Shown here one piece after another: positions 1 to 11,846 of a stretch of 27,383 nt of DNA. Position numbers and translations under genes: made by a program. The notes beneath the pieces were generated by a model. It did no database searches and was not told the origin of the DNA. It was given only the letters and a program-made list of their open reading frames with translations. The DNA is taken from positions 1 through 27,383 of the forward strand of contig CAZTAY010000016.1 of NCBI GenBank assembly GCA_964611655.1. The letters are read 5' to 3'. This stretch comes from an uncultured Eubacteriales bacterium (GTDB lineage Bacteria > Bacillota > Clostridia > Lachnospirales > CAZTAY01). Every line of letters starts with the position of its first letter. Position 1 is the first letter of the stretch.

Positions 1-118
1 TTGTTATAATCAGTATTCAAAGACTTTTATGAGCTTGAGGCTTTTTATAAATAACATTTTAAAAATAAAAAGTCACATCTGCTTGTTTAAGTGGATTACT
101 GTAAGGAGGCCTCTTTTA

Positions 119-1180
119 TTGAAAACAATTGTATTAACGGGCGGAGGAACAGCAGGTCACGTTTATCCTAATTTAGCGCTCATACCGGCTTTAAAAAAGG
201 AAGGCTTCAATATTGTTTATATTGGCAGTAAAGACGGAATCGAAAGAAAAATTGTCAAAGAACAGAATATACCTTATTATAGCGTACCCACAGGAAAATT
301 AAGGCGGTACTTATCATTTAAAAACCTTAGCGACATGTTAAAAGCAGTTACGGGAAGTTTTAAGGCTTCTTCCTTGATTAAGGAAATTAAGCCTGATATT
401 GTGTTTTCAAAAGGCGGTTTTGTGGGTTTCCCTGTTGTTATAGGTGCAAAACTAAACCGAATACCCGTAATCATCCATGAATCTGATTTAACACCAGGAC
501 TGGCAAATAAGCTGGCGCTGCCCTTTGCCAATGCAGTTTGTGTTAATTTCCCTGAAACCAAGCAATACATCAAAAGAAAAAAATCTTATCTTACGGGCAA
601 TCCTATAAGGAACAGCCTTTTTTTAGGAGACAAAAGAAACGGTCTGAAATATTGTGGTTTCAATGATGATAAACCTGTTATCCTTTGTATGGGTGGCAGT
701 TTGGGTGCAGCAAAGATAAACGAAGTTTTAAGAGAAGCAATCCCAAGACTATGTAAAAAGTTTAATATCATCCACATCTGTGGTAAGGGTAAAGTTTCAG
801 ATGAACACAAGGGAATACCCGGCTATATTCAATTTGATTATATTTCAGATCGGCTTCCTGATGTTATTGCAGCTTCAGATGTGGTATTGTCACGAGCAGG
901 GGCAGGGGCAATTGCTGAACTTATTGCCCTTAAAAAACCACACCTTCTAATCCCTTTGTCACTAAATGCGTCAAGAGGAGATCAGATTTTAAATGCAAAG
1001 TCCTGTCAAAAAAGGGGATTTAGTATGGTGCTTGATGAGGAAGAGATGACAGCACAAACTCTTGAAGTTGCCATAGAGAAACTTTATTCAGAAAGAGACG
1101 GTTTTATTCGGGCAATGAAGGAAAACAATACATCAAATGCTGTATTGGAAGTTATTAATGTGCTAAAGGAGTATGTGTAG
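119..1180 (+). CDS. murG: Undecaprenyl-PP-MurNAc-pentapeptide UDP-GlcNAc transferase (MurG family glycosyltransferase). The supplied ORF begins at 29, but the likely start is TTG 119.
   Basis: N-terminal G-loop LTGGGTAGHVYP. C-terminal CMGGSLGA and RAGAGAIAEL, typical of MurG/GT28. AGGAGG at 104-109 sits 9 nt before an in-frame TTG at 119; the upstream M at 29 has no RBS. Confidence 0.8.
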   Translation: MKTIVLTGGGTAGHVYPNLALIPALKKEGFNIVYIGSKDGIERKIVKEQNIPYYSVPTGKLRRYLSFKNLSDMLKAVTGSFKASSLIKEIKPDIVFSKGGFVGFPVVIGAKLNRIPVIIHESDLTPGLANKLALPFANAVCVNFPETKQYIKRKKSYLTGNPIRNSLFLGDKRNGLKYCGFNDDKPVILCMGGSLGAAKINEVLREAIPRLCKKFNIIHICGKGKVSDEHKGIPGYIQFDYISDRLPDVIAASDVVLSRAGAGAIAELIALKKPHLLIPLSLNASRGDQILNAKSCQKRGFSMVLDEEEMTAQTLEVAIEKLYSERDGFIRAMKENNTSNAVLEVINVLKEYV

Positions 1181-1203
1181 AAGGTCTAGCTTAGGAGGAA
1201 ATA

Positions 1204-1449
1204 ATGTCTTTTGACTTAAAAAACGAAGAAGATGTAGATGAAAAAGAAGATTTTGTAATTTTAATGGAAGAAATATCACGTAATAATAAGTCGTTCTTTG
1301 AAGATTTTTTAACTAATGAAGAGTATTTTTATTATAATTCAGTAGTGGTAATCTCTCGGGAAAAGGGCAATGTCCTTTATGGGACACCTTTTAGGACTAA
1401 CCATTCACTTAATATATTAACAAACATTAAACCCGGTTTGTTTGCTTGA
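1204..1449 (+). CDS. Small acidic hypothetical protein (81 aa)
   Basis: Strong RBS (taggaggaaataATG). Glu/Asp-rich N-terminus. Occupies the slot just upstream of gyrB but does not resemble RemB/DUF370. No recognised motif. Confidence 0.4.
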   Translation: MSFDLKNEEDVDEKEDFVILMEEISRNNKSFFEDFLTNEEYFYYNSVVVISREKGNVLYGTPFRTNHSLNILTNIKPGLFA

Positions 1450-1478
1450 AATTATAAAAGTACTTTTTAAGGAGATAA

Positions 1479-3386
<1,908 letters not shown>

Positions 3387-3516
3387 CGGTTGCTTGAAAT
3401 AGAGAACCAAAAGTGGAAATAGCAATGTCAGTATAAGGTGGAGTTGCTATATAATGCCTGCTTTTGCGCGGTATAAAGGTTTACTTAGCAAACCGCATTA
3501 ATGATGGGAGGAAGAA

Positions 3517-6060
3517 ATGAGCGAGGAAATTCAATTTGACAAGATAATTGCAACCAATATAGAAAAAGAAATGCGCGAATGTTATATAGATTACGCAATG
3601 AGTGTAATAGTTGCTCGTGCGCTTCCTGATGTTAGGGACGGTCTTAAACCCGTTCACAGAAGAATTTTATATTCAATGCACGAACTGGGACTTGATCCAT
3701 CAAAGCCATACAGAAAATCTGCCCGTATTGTTGGGGACACAATGGGTAAGTATCACCCTCACGGTGACTCATCAATTTATGATGCAATGGTTAGGATGGC
3801 TCAGGAATTCTCTATGCGTTATCCATTAGTTGACGGTCATGGAAACTTTGGTTCTATTGACGGTGATGACCCGGCGGCGCAGCGTTATACAGAAGCTAGG
3901 CTTTCAAAGCTTGCAAAAGAAATGCTAAGGGATATTGATAAGGACACAGTTGACTTTATTCCTAACTTTGACGAACAGGAAAAAGAACCTGTAATCCTTC
4001 CTTCACGTTTTCCGAACCTTTTGGTTAACGGTTCTTCAGGAATTGCAGTTGGTATGGCAACAAATATTCCCCCTCATAATTTGGGAGAAATTATAGACGC
4101 CGTTGTTAAGATAATTGACAATATTATAACTGAATCAAGGGAAACAGATATTGAAGAATTAATAAGCATTGTAAAAGGTCCGGATTTTCCTACAGGAGGA
4201 ATGATACTTGGAACGTCAGGTATCAAAGAGGCATACAGAACCGGCAGAGGAAAAATTAAAGTTCGTGCAAAGACTTCAATCGAAAAAATGAACGGTGACC
4301 GTGAAAGAATAGTGGTTACAGAACTTCCTTATCAGGTTAACAAAGCTAGGCTTGTTGAAAAGATTGCAGACCTTGTTAAAGACAAAAGAATAGAAGGTAT
4401 TTCGGATTTAAGAGATGAATCTGACAGAACCGGTATGCGTATTGTAATTGAGTTAAAAAGAGATGTAGCATCAAACATTGTTCTCAATCAACTTTTTAAA
4501 TATACACAAATGCAAGACAATTTTGGTGTTATTTCGATTGCGCTGGTGGATGATGAACCAAGAACCTTAAACCTTCTTGAAATGCTGAAATACTACATCG
4601 AACATCAAAAAGAGGTTGTTGTAAGAAGGACTAAGTTTGACCTTGATAAAGCAGAAAAACGTGCCCATATTCTTTTAGGACTGCTCATTGCTCTTGATAA
4701 TATAGACGAAATAATAAGAATTGTTCGTAAATCAAGCAACACTCAAATAGCAAAAGAAGCGCTTATGAATATGGAGCTTAAGGTTTCGGAGAACTTATTT
4801 AAAATAGCTCTTATAAAGGAATCAATGCAGCTTGAAGGTGAAGAAAAAATAAGATTTACTAACGAACAAGCCCAAGCAATTATTGATATGCGTTTGGGAA
4901 GGTTAACAGGTCTTGAGAGCGAAAAAATTCAAGGTGAGTTTGATGAATTAATTTCGCTTATAAAAGACTTAACAGAAATACTGGAAAGTGACACCAGACT
5001 TCATACAGTTATTAAAGAAGAACTGATAGAAATTAAATCTAAATTTAATGACAGCAGAAGAACTTTATTAACACATGATGTTGAGGAGTTCAACCTTGAA
5101 GACCTTATAGAAGAAGAACAAAATGTTATTACCTTCACAAGACTTGGTTATATAAAGAGAATACCTCTTGACACATATAGAAGCCAAAACCGCGGTGGCA
5201 GAGGAATTATCGGTATGCAGACAAGGGAAGAGGATTTGCTAAGAGAAGTCTTTGTTTGTTCAAATCATTCGTATATGATGTTCTTTACTAGCCTTGGTAA
5301 GGTGTTTAGGATAAAGGTTTATGAGATCCCTGAATCCAGCAGAACAGCTAGAGGAACTGCTATTGTAAATCTTTTAAACCTTGCACCTGAAGAGAAGATC
5401 ACAGCAATGATTCCTGTTAAGGAAGAAATGGATGAGGACGAAAGATACTTGTTTATGGCAACGAGAAAAGGTGTTGTCAAGAAAAGCAAGGCATCCGAGT
5501 TTAAAAACATCCGAAAAGGCGGCTTGATAGCTGTTAATCTACAGGATGAGGATAAACTAATTTCTGTTTCCGTAACGGACGGCAAAAAAGATATTTTTAT
5601 TGCTACAAGAGACGGTATCGGCGTATTATTCAGCGAAGAGGATGTTAGGCCTACAGGCAGAGCAAGCGCCGGAGTCAGAGGAATCAGGATTAATGAGGGC
5701 GATAAAGTTGCTGCTGTAAGGGTGGTTGACAAAGATCAAAAAATTGCTTTTGTAACAGAAAACGGTTATGGAAAACTAACAACCAGCAGTGAGTTTACTA
5801 AACACAACCGTGGCGGCAAAGGTATGAAAATATATAAGATAACTCAAAGAACAGGAAAAATTGCTGGTGTTGAAATGGTGTCAGAGGAAGATGAACTTAT
5901 GTTAATCACATCCGAAGGTGTTATCATAAGGATTCGTGCAAAAGACATAAGCACCATTGGAAGAGTAACTCAGGGTGTTAAGCTGATGAACCTTGACGAA
6001 AACGTAACGGTTGTTGACGTTGCAAAGATTGTAGCGGAGAACGAGGATGAGCAAAACTAA
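3517..6060 (+). CDS. gyrA: DNA gyrase subunit A
   Basis: [26 protein letters not shown] (active-site Tyr region), YHPHGD (QRDR), and a C-terminal beta-pinwheel repeat region. RBS gggaggaag upstream. Confidence 0.97.
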   Translation: MSEEIQFDKIIATNIEKEMRECYIDYAMSVIVARALPDVRDGLKPVHRRILYSMHELGLDPSKPYRKSARIVGDTMGKYHPHGDSSIYDAMVRMAQEFSMRYPLVDGHGNFGSIDGDDPAAQRYTEARLSKLAKEMLRDIDKDTVDFIPNFDEQEKEPVILPSRFPNLLVNGSSGIAVGMATNIPPHNLGEIIDAVVKIIDNIITESRETDIEELISIVKGPDFPTGGMILGTSGIKEAYRTGRGKIKVRAKTSIEKMNGDRERIVVTELPYQVNKARLVEKIADLVKDKRIEGISDLRDESDRTGMRIVIELKRDVASNIVLNQLFKYTQMQDNFGVISIALVDDEPRTLNLLEMLKYYIEHQKEVVVRRTKFDLDKAEKRAHILLGLLIALDNIDEIIRIVRKSSNTQIAKEALMNMELKVSENLFKIALIKESMQLEGEEKIRFTNEQAQAIIDMRLGRLTGLESEKIQGEFDELISLIKDLTEILESDTRLHTVIKEELIEIKSKFNDSRRTLLTHDVEEFNLEDLIEEEQNVITFTRLGYIKRIPLDTYRSQNRGGRGIIGMQTREEDLLREVFVCSNHSYMMFFTSLGKVFRIKVYEIPESSRTARGTAIVNLLNLAPEEKITAMIPVKEEMDEDERYLFMATRKGVVKKSKASEFKNIRKGGLIAVNLQDEDKLISVSVTDGKKDIFIATRDGIGVLFSEEDVRPTGRASAGVRGIRINEGDKVAAVRVVDKDQKIAFVTENGYGKLTTSSEFTKHNRGGKGMKIYKITQRTGKIAGVEMVSEEDELMLITSEGVIIRIRAKDISTIGRVTQGVKLMNLDENVTVVDVAKIVAENEDEQN

Positions 6061-7081
6061 ATTCCTATTCAAAATTCTTTTAGCACTAGTACCCATTGCC
6101 GCTATTGCGGCTTTTGGGTATTATTTCTACTTTGGGAATAACGAAACTCAAGATAATTATGTAATAAATAAAACGACTAGACAGAACGGAAAATTTGATG
6201 TATATCAGGATAAGAATTTCATAGGAAGTTTTCAGAGCCAAAATAATGCGGTCGAATTTGCTTCTAAATACGCTAGAACGGAAGTTAAACAAAGGACAAA
6301 CTCAAAAATTGTATGGGATAACTTTCCGCCTTATCAAGTTTTTATAGGTGATGAGCTTCCAAAAGAATTTTCCTCTTTGAATGATTCAATTTCATATGCA
6401 AGGTCAATGGGAAATGCTTATATATATCATAAAAAAAGCGGTGCTTTAGTATGGAACAGTCTTGAAGAACCTTCTAAATCAACAATTATTTCTAAAGTAC
6501 CTCATATTATGCAATATCCTGAACTGCCAAGAGGTTGCGAAGTTACAAGCCTTGCAATGCTCTTGCGTTTTCTTGGTAAGGATATAAATAAAATGACACT
6601 TGCTGATGAAATTAAAAAAGATACCACATCTTTTACATACCAAAACGGCAAGATCCATTTTGGCAACCCCAACAACGGGTTTGTTGGTGACATGAAAAGT
6701 AGATCAAAACCCGGTTACGGAGTATATCACGAGCCAGTTTTTGAGCTTTTAAGGAACTATTTAGACAACAATGCAATAGATTTGACAGGCACTTCTTTCG
6801 AGAATTTAATCTATTTTTTATACAAAGGTAGACCTGTTTGGATTATCACTAATTACACATTTAAGCCCTTACCTAAAAACAAGTTTATTACATGGAATAC
6901 CCCTAGTGGAGAGGTTAAAGTAACTTACGATGAACATAGCGTTCTGATCACGGGTTATGACGATGAATATATATTTTTTAATGATCCTCTAAGCAAAAAC
7001 CCCGGTTCAAAAGCATCTAAAGCAGAATTCATAAAAGCATGGGAGCAAATGGGAAGTCAGGCAATTTCGTTTGTCAGATAG
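6047..7081 (+). CDS. Membrane-anchored C39-like (papain-fold) peptidase, YvpB / Peptidase_C39_2 family
   Basis: N-terminal transmembrane/signal segment ([19 protein letters not shown]). Cys motif [17 protein letters not shown] and downstream His ([10 protein letters not shown]), typical of C39-like peptidases. GGAGAA RBS; the start overlaps the gyrA stop. Confidence 0.65.
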   Translation: MSKTKFLFKILLALVPIAAIAAFGYYFYFGNNETQDNYVINKTTRQNGKFDVYQDKNFIGSFQSQNNAVEFASKYARTEVKQRTNSKIVWDNFPPYQVFIGDELPKEFSSLNDSISYARSMGNAYIYHKKSGALVWNSLEEPSKSTIISKVPHIMQYPELPRGCEVTSLAMLLRFLGKDINKMTLADEIKKDTTSFTYQNGKIHFGNPNNGFVGDMKSRSKPGYGVYHEPVFELLRNYLDNNAIDLTGTSFENLIYFLYKGRPVWIITNYTFKPLPKNKFITWNTPSGEVKVTYDEHSVLITGYDDEYIFFNDPLSKNPGSKASKAEFIKAWEQMGSQAISFVR

Positions 7082-7094
7082 GTAGGTTATTGAT

Positions 7095-7892
7095 ATGTTT
7101 AAGATAATTAGATCCATATTTTTATATGTCTTTGCCATTCACTTTATTTCTGCACTGACTCTGGATCGAAAACTCAAATATAAAACTATTATTTACAAGT
7201 CAAAAGAGATACCTAAAGACATAAATGGTTTAGAAATTGGATTCATAACAGATATTCATGATATGCGAGAAAAGACTCTAATGAATATTGCGGAACGGAT
7301 TAGTAAAATTGATTTGGATCTACTGTTGATTGGCGGAGATTTTTCTGAAACTGATTTTCGAAAGCAAGTTGAAATAATAGGAAAAATTAAATCAAAAGTC
7401 GGTATTTATTCTGTAAGCGGAAACCATGACTCTGATACTCTTTTAAATGAGATAATGCCAAAGAACAATATTCAATTACTAACCAATAAAGGAATTTATA
7501 TAACCAATAAATTCTATCTTGCAGGGGTAGGGGATCCAAAAACAAAAAACACAAATGTTCCGTTAGCGGTAGAAAACGCAAAAGAAGATGATTTTGTAAT
7601 TTTAATTTCACATAATCCGGATATTACAATGGTTCAGGACATGTCAAAAGTCAACCTTACTCTTTCAGGTCATACTCATGGTGGGCATATATCTTTTTTT
7701 GGGTTGTATGCGCCTACACTTCTACCTATCGTTAGAGTTACAAAATACGGTCAGAGGTTCAGGAGTGGTTGGTCAAAGGCAACAAATGGTTCAGATGTTT
7801 TTGTAAGCAACGGAATAGGCTCCAAAAGAGAAATACCACGAATTTTTGCAAGACCTCAAATGATTCTTTTAAAACTTGAAAGTAGTAAGTAG
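7095..7892 (+). CDS. Calcineurin-like metallophosphoesterase (YkuE-like), N-terminal membrane anchor
   Basis: Motifs DIHD, GGDFSE, GNHD and GHTHGG in canonical order. Hydrophobic N-terminus. Confidence 0.8.
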   Translation: MFKIIRSIFLYVFAIHFISALTLDRKLKYKTIIYKSKEIPKDINGLEIGFITDIHDMREKTLMNIAERISKIDLDLLLIGGDFSETDFRKQVEIIGKIKSKVGIYSVSGNHDSDTLLNEIMPKNNIQLLTNKGIYITNKFYLAGVGDPKTKNTNVPLAVENAKEDDFVILISHNPDITMVQDMSKVNLTLSGHTHGGHISFFGLYAPTLLPIVRVTKYGQRFRSGWSKATNGSDVFVSNGIGSKREIPRIFARPQMILLKLESSK

Positions 7893-9725
7893 ATGGGAGT
7901 TAACATGAAAGTTTTACCGGAAGAGCTGTTTCATAAAGTAACAAAGCCTGCAAGATACACAGGCGGAGAAATTAATATGGTTTCAAAAGATGAAGACGGA
8001 CTTATTAGATTTGCGCTCATGTTTCCAGACGTATATGAAGTTGGTATGAGTAACATTGGTATGCAAATTCTGTATTTTTATTTAAATGAAATGAAAGACG
8101 TGTACTGCGAACGCGTGTTTGCTCCCTGGGTGGATATGGAGAGTGAAATGCGTTCTTTTAATGTACCTTTGTTTTCATTAGAAACAAAGACTGATACAAA
8201 GGACTTTGACATTTTGGGATTTACTTTACAATATGAAATGAATTACACCAATATTATTAATATGCTTGACCTGTCCCAAATCCCCTTATACAGCAAAGAC
8301 AGAGGCGAGGAATATCCCCTTGTTATAGCAGGTGGACTTTGTGCTTATAACCCTGAACCATTAGCTGACTTTATTGACTTTTTTTATATTGGAGAAGGCG
8401 AGGAATTGCTCGCAGATGTTATGGAAGCATACAAGTCTCATAAATCTAAGGGTGGTACTAAAGAAGAATTTTTAGTAAGACTTCTGGACTTTAAGAATAT
8501 CTATGTTCCGAAGTTCTACGAACCAGTGTATGAAAACGACGGCAAGTTAAAAGAGTTAGTACGGACACAGCCTAGCGCACCTGCAAAAATTAAGAAAGCT
8601 TTTGTAAAAAACTTAAACGACTTTCCAGCACAGAAAAAGCAAATGGTTCCATTAATCGAGGTTGTGCAGGACAGAATTGCTGTTGAACTATTCAGAGGAT
8701 GCATAAGGGGTTGCAGATTCTGTCAAGCCGGATTTATAAACAGACCCAACAGAGAAAAAGATCCGATTCTGGTTGCGGATGCAATAAAAGATATTGAAAA
8801 GGAAACAGGTTATGAAGAGGTATCCTTGCTTTCACTTTCAACAAGTGATTATTCAGGTTTGTCTGAACTTCTTAATTGTATGAGTGATTGGAGAAGTGAA
8901 AAGAAGATTAACATTTCACTTCCATCTTTAAGAATAGATGCTTTTTCCTTAGAAATAATGGAGACTCTCGACAGTCAAAAGAAAATGAGCCTTACATTTG
9001 CTCCGGAAGCCGGTACTCAAAGAATGAGGGATATTATAAACAAAAATATCTCTGAAGAAGAAATTTTAGAAGGAATAAGGCAAGCTTATGATGGCGGATA
9101 TTTTAAAATTAAACTATACTTCATGGCAGGTTTGCCCCATGAAACAGAAGAAGACTTAAAAGGAATTTCAGAACTTTGTGTTAAAATTATGGATTTGTAT
9201 TATACCCTGCCAAAGGAAAAGAGAGGAAAGCTCTCTCTATCCGCTTCATGCTCGTGCTTTGTGCCAAAACCGCACACACCGTTTCAATGGGAAGCACAGG
9301 ATTTACCTATGAAGTACTTAGAAAAGCAGAAGAAAATAAAAGAATCTTTCCCTAAAAAGGTAAAGTACAGCTATCATGAAGCTTACCTAAGCTACCTTGA
9401 AGGGGTGTTGTCAAGGGGTGACAGGAGAGTTTCAAAAGCTATTGTACGAGCATTTGAATTGGGATGCAGGTTTGACGGATGGTCTGAACATTTTGATTTC
9501 GATAAATGGATGCAGGCATTTTCTGAATGTGATCTAGATCCTGATTTTTACTTAAAAGCTAAACAAACTGATGAAATTTTGCCTTGGGATCATATTGATT
9601 GTGGAGTAACTAAGGACTTTTTACTGCTTGAAAAGGCAAGGGCGGAAAAATGTGCTACAACACCTAATTGCCGAGAAAAATGTTCAAACTGTGGCCATTT
9701 CTGCATGTCAGGAGGAAAAGTGTGA
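7893..9725 (+). CDS. Radical SAM protein, TIGR03960-like (B12-binding-like N-domain plus radical SAM core)
   Basis: CxxxCxxC radical-SAM motif in FRGCIRGCRFCQAG, plus a C-terminal Cys cluster CREKCSNCGHFC. Conserved partner of the next gene. The start may instead be ATG 7905. Confidence 0.8.
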   Translation: MGVNMKVLPEELFHKVTKPARYTGGEINMVSKDEDGLIRFALMFPDVYEVGMSNIGMQILYFYLNEMKDVYCERVFAPWVDMESEMRSFNVPLFSLETKTDTKDFDILGFTLQYEMNYTNIINMLDLSQIPLYSKDRGEEYPLVIAGGLCAYNPEPLADFIDFFYIGEGEELLADVMEAYKSHKSKGGTKEEFLVRLLDFKNIYVPKFYEPVYENDGKLKELVRTQPSAPAKIKKAFVKNLNDFPAQKKQMVPLIEVVQDRIAVELFRGCIRGCRFCQAGFINRPNREKDPILVADAIKDIEKETGYEEVSLLSLSTSDYSGLSELLNCMSDWRSEKKINISLPSLRIDAFSLEIMETLDSQKKMSLTFAPEAGTQRMRDIINKNISEEEILEGIRQAYDGGYFKIKLYFMAGLPHETEEDLKGISELCVKIMDLYYTLPKEKRGKLSLSASCSCFVPKPHTPFQWEAQDLPMKYLEKQKKIKESFPKKVKYSYHEAYLSYLEGVLSRGDRRVSKAIVRAFELGCRFDGWSEHFDFDKWMQAFSECDLDPDFYLKAKQTDEILPWDHIDCGVTKDFLLLEKARAEKCATTPNCREKCSNCGHFCMSGGKV

Positions 9726-10384
9726 AACTAAGACTTAAATTTGAAAAAACAGGCAGACTTAAGTATATCGGGCATTTGGACTTGCTTAGATTATTTAACA
9801 GAGTTTTTAGAATGGCTCAAATCCCTGTGTCATTCTCTAATGGCTTTAATCCACATATGCTTTTGCATTTTGCCTCACCCCTTCCTCTTGGTGTTTCAAG
9901 CATAGCCGAATATTTAGATGTTGAAATTTATGAAGCAGTAAACCTTGAACAAATAATTTCAAATATTAATGCTCATGTTCCGAAAGGACTTAAAATAATA
10001 AAAGCGTTAAATGCTGACCATAGCAAAAAAGTTACGTCTATTGTGTCAGCAGGATTATATGAAATCCAAAAAAGAGAAAGTTTTAATAGTGAAATGATTG
10101 AAAGATACCTTTCTCAACCAGAAATATTAATTGAAAAGAAAACTAAAAAAAACAGCACTGTTTCTGACATCAAACCGCTAATTTATTCCATGTCAGTATC
10201 AGGAGGTATTTTAACAACAACTATTGCTACAGGTTCGGAGAAGAATTTAAAAGCAATTGTTTTACTTGAAAGCCTTTGTATATTCCAAAATATTGATTTT
10301 AAGGAACAAGACTATGAAATAACCAGAACAGAGCTATATTCTGGAACTACTCCTAATTTTTTAACATTGGATCAGGTGGAGTGA
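9722..10384 (+). CDS. TIGR03936/DUF2344 radical-SAM-linked protein. Start reassigned to GTG 9722; the supplied ORF begins at 9668.
   Basis: GGAGGA at 9711-9716 then GTG 9722, giving a 4-nt GTGA overlap with the upstream stop (translational coupling). Family signature KFEKTGRLKYIGHLDLLRLFNRVFRMAQIPV and NPHM. Confidence 0.75.
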   Translation: MKLRLKFEKTGRLKYIGHLDLLRLFNRVFRMAQIPVSFSNGFNPHMLLHFASPLPLGVSSIAEYLDVEIYEAVNLEQIISNINAHVPKGLKIIKALNADHSKKVTSIVSAGLYEIQKRESFNSEMIERYLSQPEILIEKKTKKNSTVSDIKPLIYSMSVSGGILTTTIATGSEKNLKAIVLLESLCIFQNIDFKEQDYEITRTELYSGTTPNFLTLDQVE

Positions 10385-10388
10385 AACT

Positions 10389-11780
10389 ATGGACATAGAA
10401 ATAATAATCGAAAACTCGCCATTTTACTTAAGGGGCGCTGTATTAGAGAACAATGCCCTAGCCGAACTCCATGTGTTAAATAAGGCTTCCATGTCGATTT
10501 TAGGTAATATTTATCTTGGAAGGGTAAAGGATATAAATAAAGGTATTGAGTCAGCCTTTGTTGATATAGGTTTGGAAAAGAATGCTTTTTTGTTTATTCA
10601 AAATAACATGCCTGTTAGAAAAGGGGATGAAATTTTAGTACAAATAGAAAAGGACGCCACAGGAGATAAGTCGCCAGTGGTATCAAGAAAAATTTCATTT
10701 CCTGGAAACAGTCTTGTGCTTTTTCTTAATCAAGAAAAAAAAGTTAATATTTCAACCAAGATTACGGATAAGGAAGAAAGAGAACGACTAATAAACGTTC
10801 TTGAGCCTGTTTTGCCTGAGAACTATGGACTAATTGTCAGAACTATTGCAGAAGGTAAAAACAGTGAAATATTAATAAATGAGTTACATGAAATAGTTTC
10901 AAATGCAGAATCAGCATTGAACGGATATAAATTCAAGAAGGCCCCTGCTCTTATACACAGTGCTCCCACATTTTGGAATAAGCTTATTATGGACACAAGC
11001 CCATTCCACATAAAGAAAATTTATGTCAATGATGAGGAAATTTTGAATTCAATTAATCAGCAAAAGTGGATTTCCGATAAGTCAATTTATAAACCAGGTG
11101 CAATTTTTTATGATTTCGGAATAGACAACAAGATAGAAAAATCATTGCGTCGAAGGGTTTGGCTAAACAGCGGAGGATTTATCGTAATTGACGAGACAGA
11201 AGCAATGACTGTGATAGACGTTAACACAGGCAAAGCAAAAGGCAAGAAAACACTTTCAAAAACCGCTTTTGAAATCAATAAGGAAGCCGCAAAAGAAATA
11301 ATATCACAAATACGCATACGCAACTTAAGCGGCATTATTGTGGTGGATTTTATTGATATGGAAGACAAAGAACTTGAAAACAGATTGATTCAAATATTAA
11401 CAGAAGAAGCAAAAAGAGACAGAAAAAAGACTGTGATTGTCGGTATGGCAGATTTAGGGCTTGCACTTATGACTAGAAAGAAAACCACAGAACCCCTTTC
11501 AAAAATACTTCAAGAGAACATAAATGACGTAAACGGGGGGAAAAAAGACCTGCCTTCATATGTGGCACTAAAGATTTATAACGAACTTGTGAAACTTACT
11601 ACACACACGATTTATGACTTATTTACCATTTCTGCAATTGATGAGGTTATTAAGGTGTTTCCAAAAGAAGCATTGTGGGAATTTGAAAAACGTAATATAA
11701 AGATTGAGTGGGAAAGAATTAAGCAATCAGATTGTATGAAAAATTGCTATGAAATAAGATATAAAAAAGCTTCAGAATAA
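10389..11780 (+). CDS. rng: Ribonuclease G/E family endoribonuclease
   Basis: S1-like N-terminus, and catalytic-domain motifs SGGFIVIDETEAMTVIDVNTGK and IIVVDFIDME. RNase G is the usual neighbour of the radical SAM/DUF2344 pair in Clostridia. Confidence 0.85.
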   Translation: MDIEIIIENSPFYLRGAVLENNALAELHVLNKASMSILGNIYLGRVKDINKGIESAFVDIGLEKNAFLFIQNNMPVRKGDEILVQIEKDATGDKSPVVSRKISFPGNSLVLFLNQEKKVNISTKITDKEERERLINVLEPVLPENYGLIVRTIAEGKNSEILINELHEIVSNAESALNGYKFKKAPALIHSAPTFWNKLIMDTSPFHIKKIYVNDEEILNSINQQKWISDKSIYKPGAIFYDFGIDNKIEKSLRRRVWLNSGGFIVIDETEAMTVIDVNTGKAKGKKTLSKTAFEINKEAAKEIISQIRIRNLSGIIVVDFIDMEDKELENRLIQILTEEAKRDRKKTVIVGMADLGLALMTRKKTTEPLSKILQENINDVNGGKKDLPSYVALKIYNELVKLTTHTIYDLFTISAIDEVIKVFPKEALWEFEKRNIKIEWERIKQSDCMKNCYEIRYKKASE

Positions 11781-11807
11781 AGTGTTAAAAAGAGCATAAA
11801 CTTAGGG

Positions 11808-11846
11808 TTTGGGAAACTTTTATTGAAAAGTTTCCCAAACGTTTTT
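11808..11846. terminator. Bidirectional intrinsic terminator between convergent rng and the recombinase gene
   Basis: Perfect 14-bp inverted repeat TTTGGGAAACTTTT-ATTG-AAAAGTTTCCCAAA (11808-11839), followed by CGTTTTT on the + strand. Confidence 0.65.

Noticed and set aside
29-118. N-terminal 30-aa extension of the MurG ORF (MSLRLFINNILKIKSH...)
   Set aside because: No RBS before ATG 29, whereas AGGAGG precedes the in-frame TTG at 119, which gives a canonical MurG N-terminus.
3387-3516. gyrB-gyrA intergenic hairpin GCGGT-(19 nt)-ACCGC and a TATAAT-like element
   Set aside because: Plausibly a gyrA internal promoter or a supercoiling-sensitive element, but the sequence alone is ambiguous and short. 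Not reported as a feature.
9668-9721. Upstream extension of the DUF2344 ORF overlapping the radical SAM C-terminus by 58 nt
   Set aside because: GGAGGA plus GTG at 9722 gives a canonical coupled start and a family-typical N-terminus (KLRLKFEK...).
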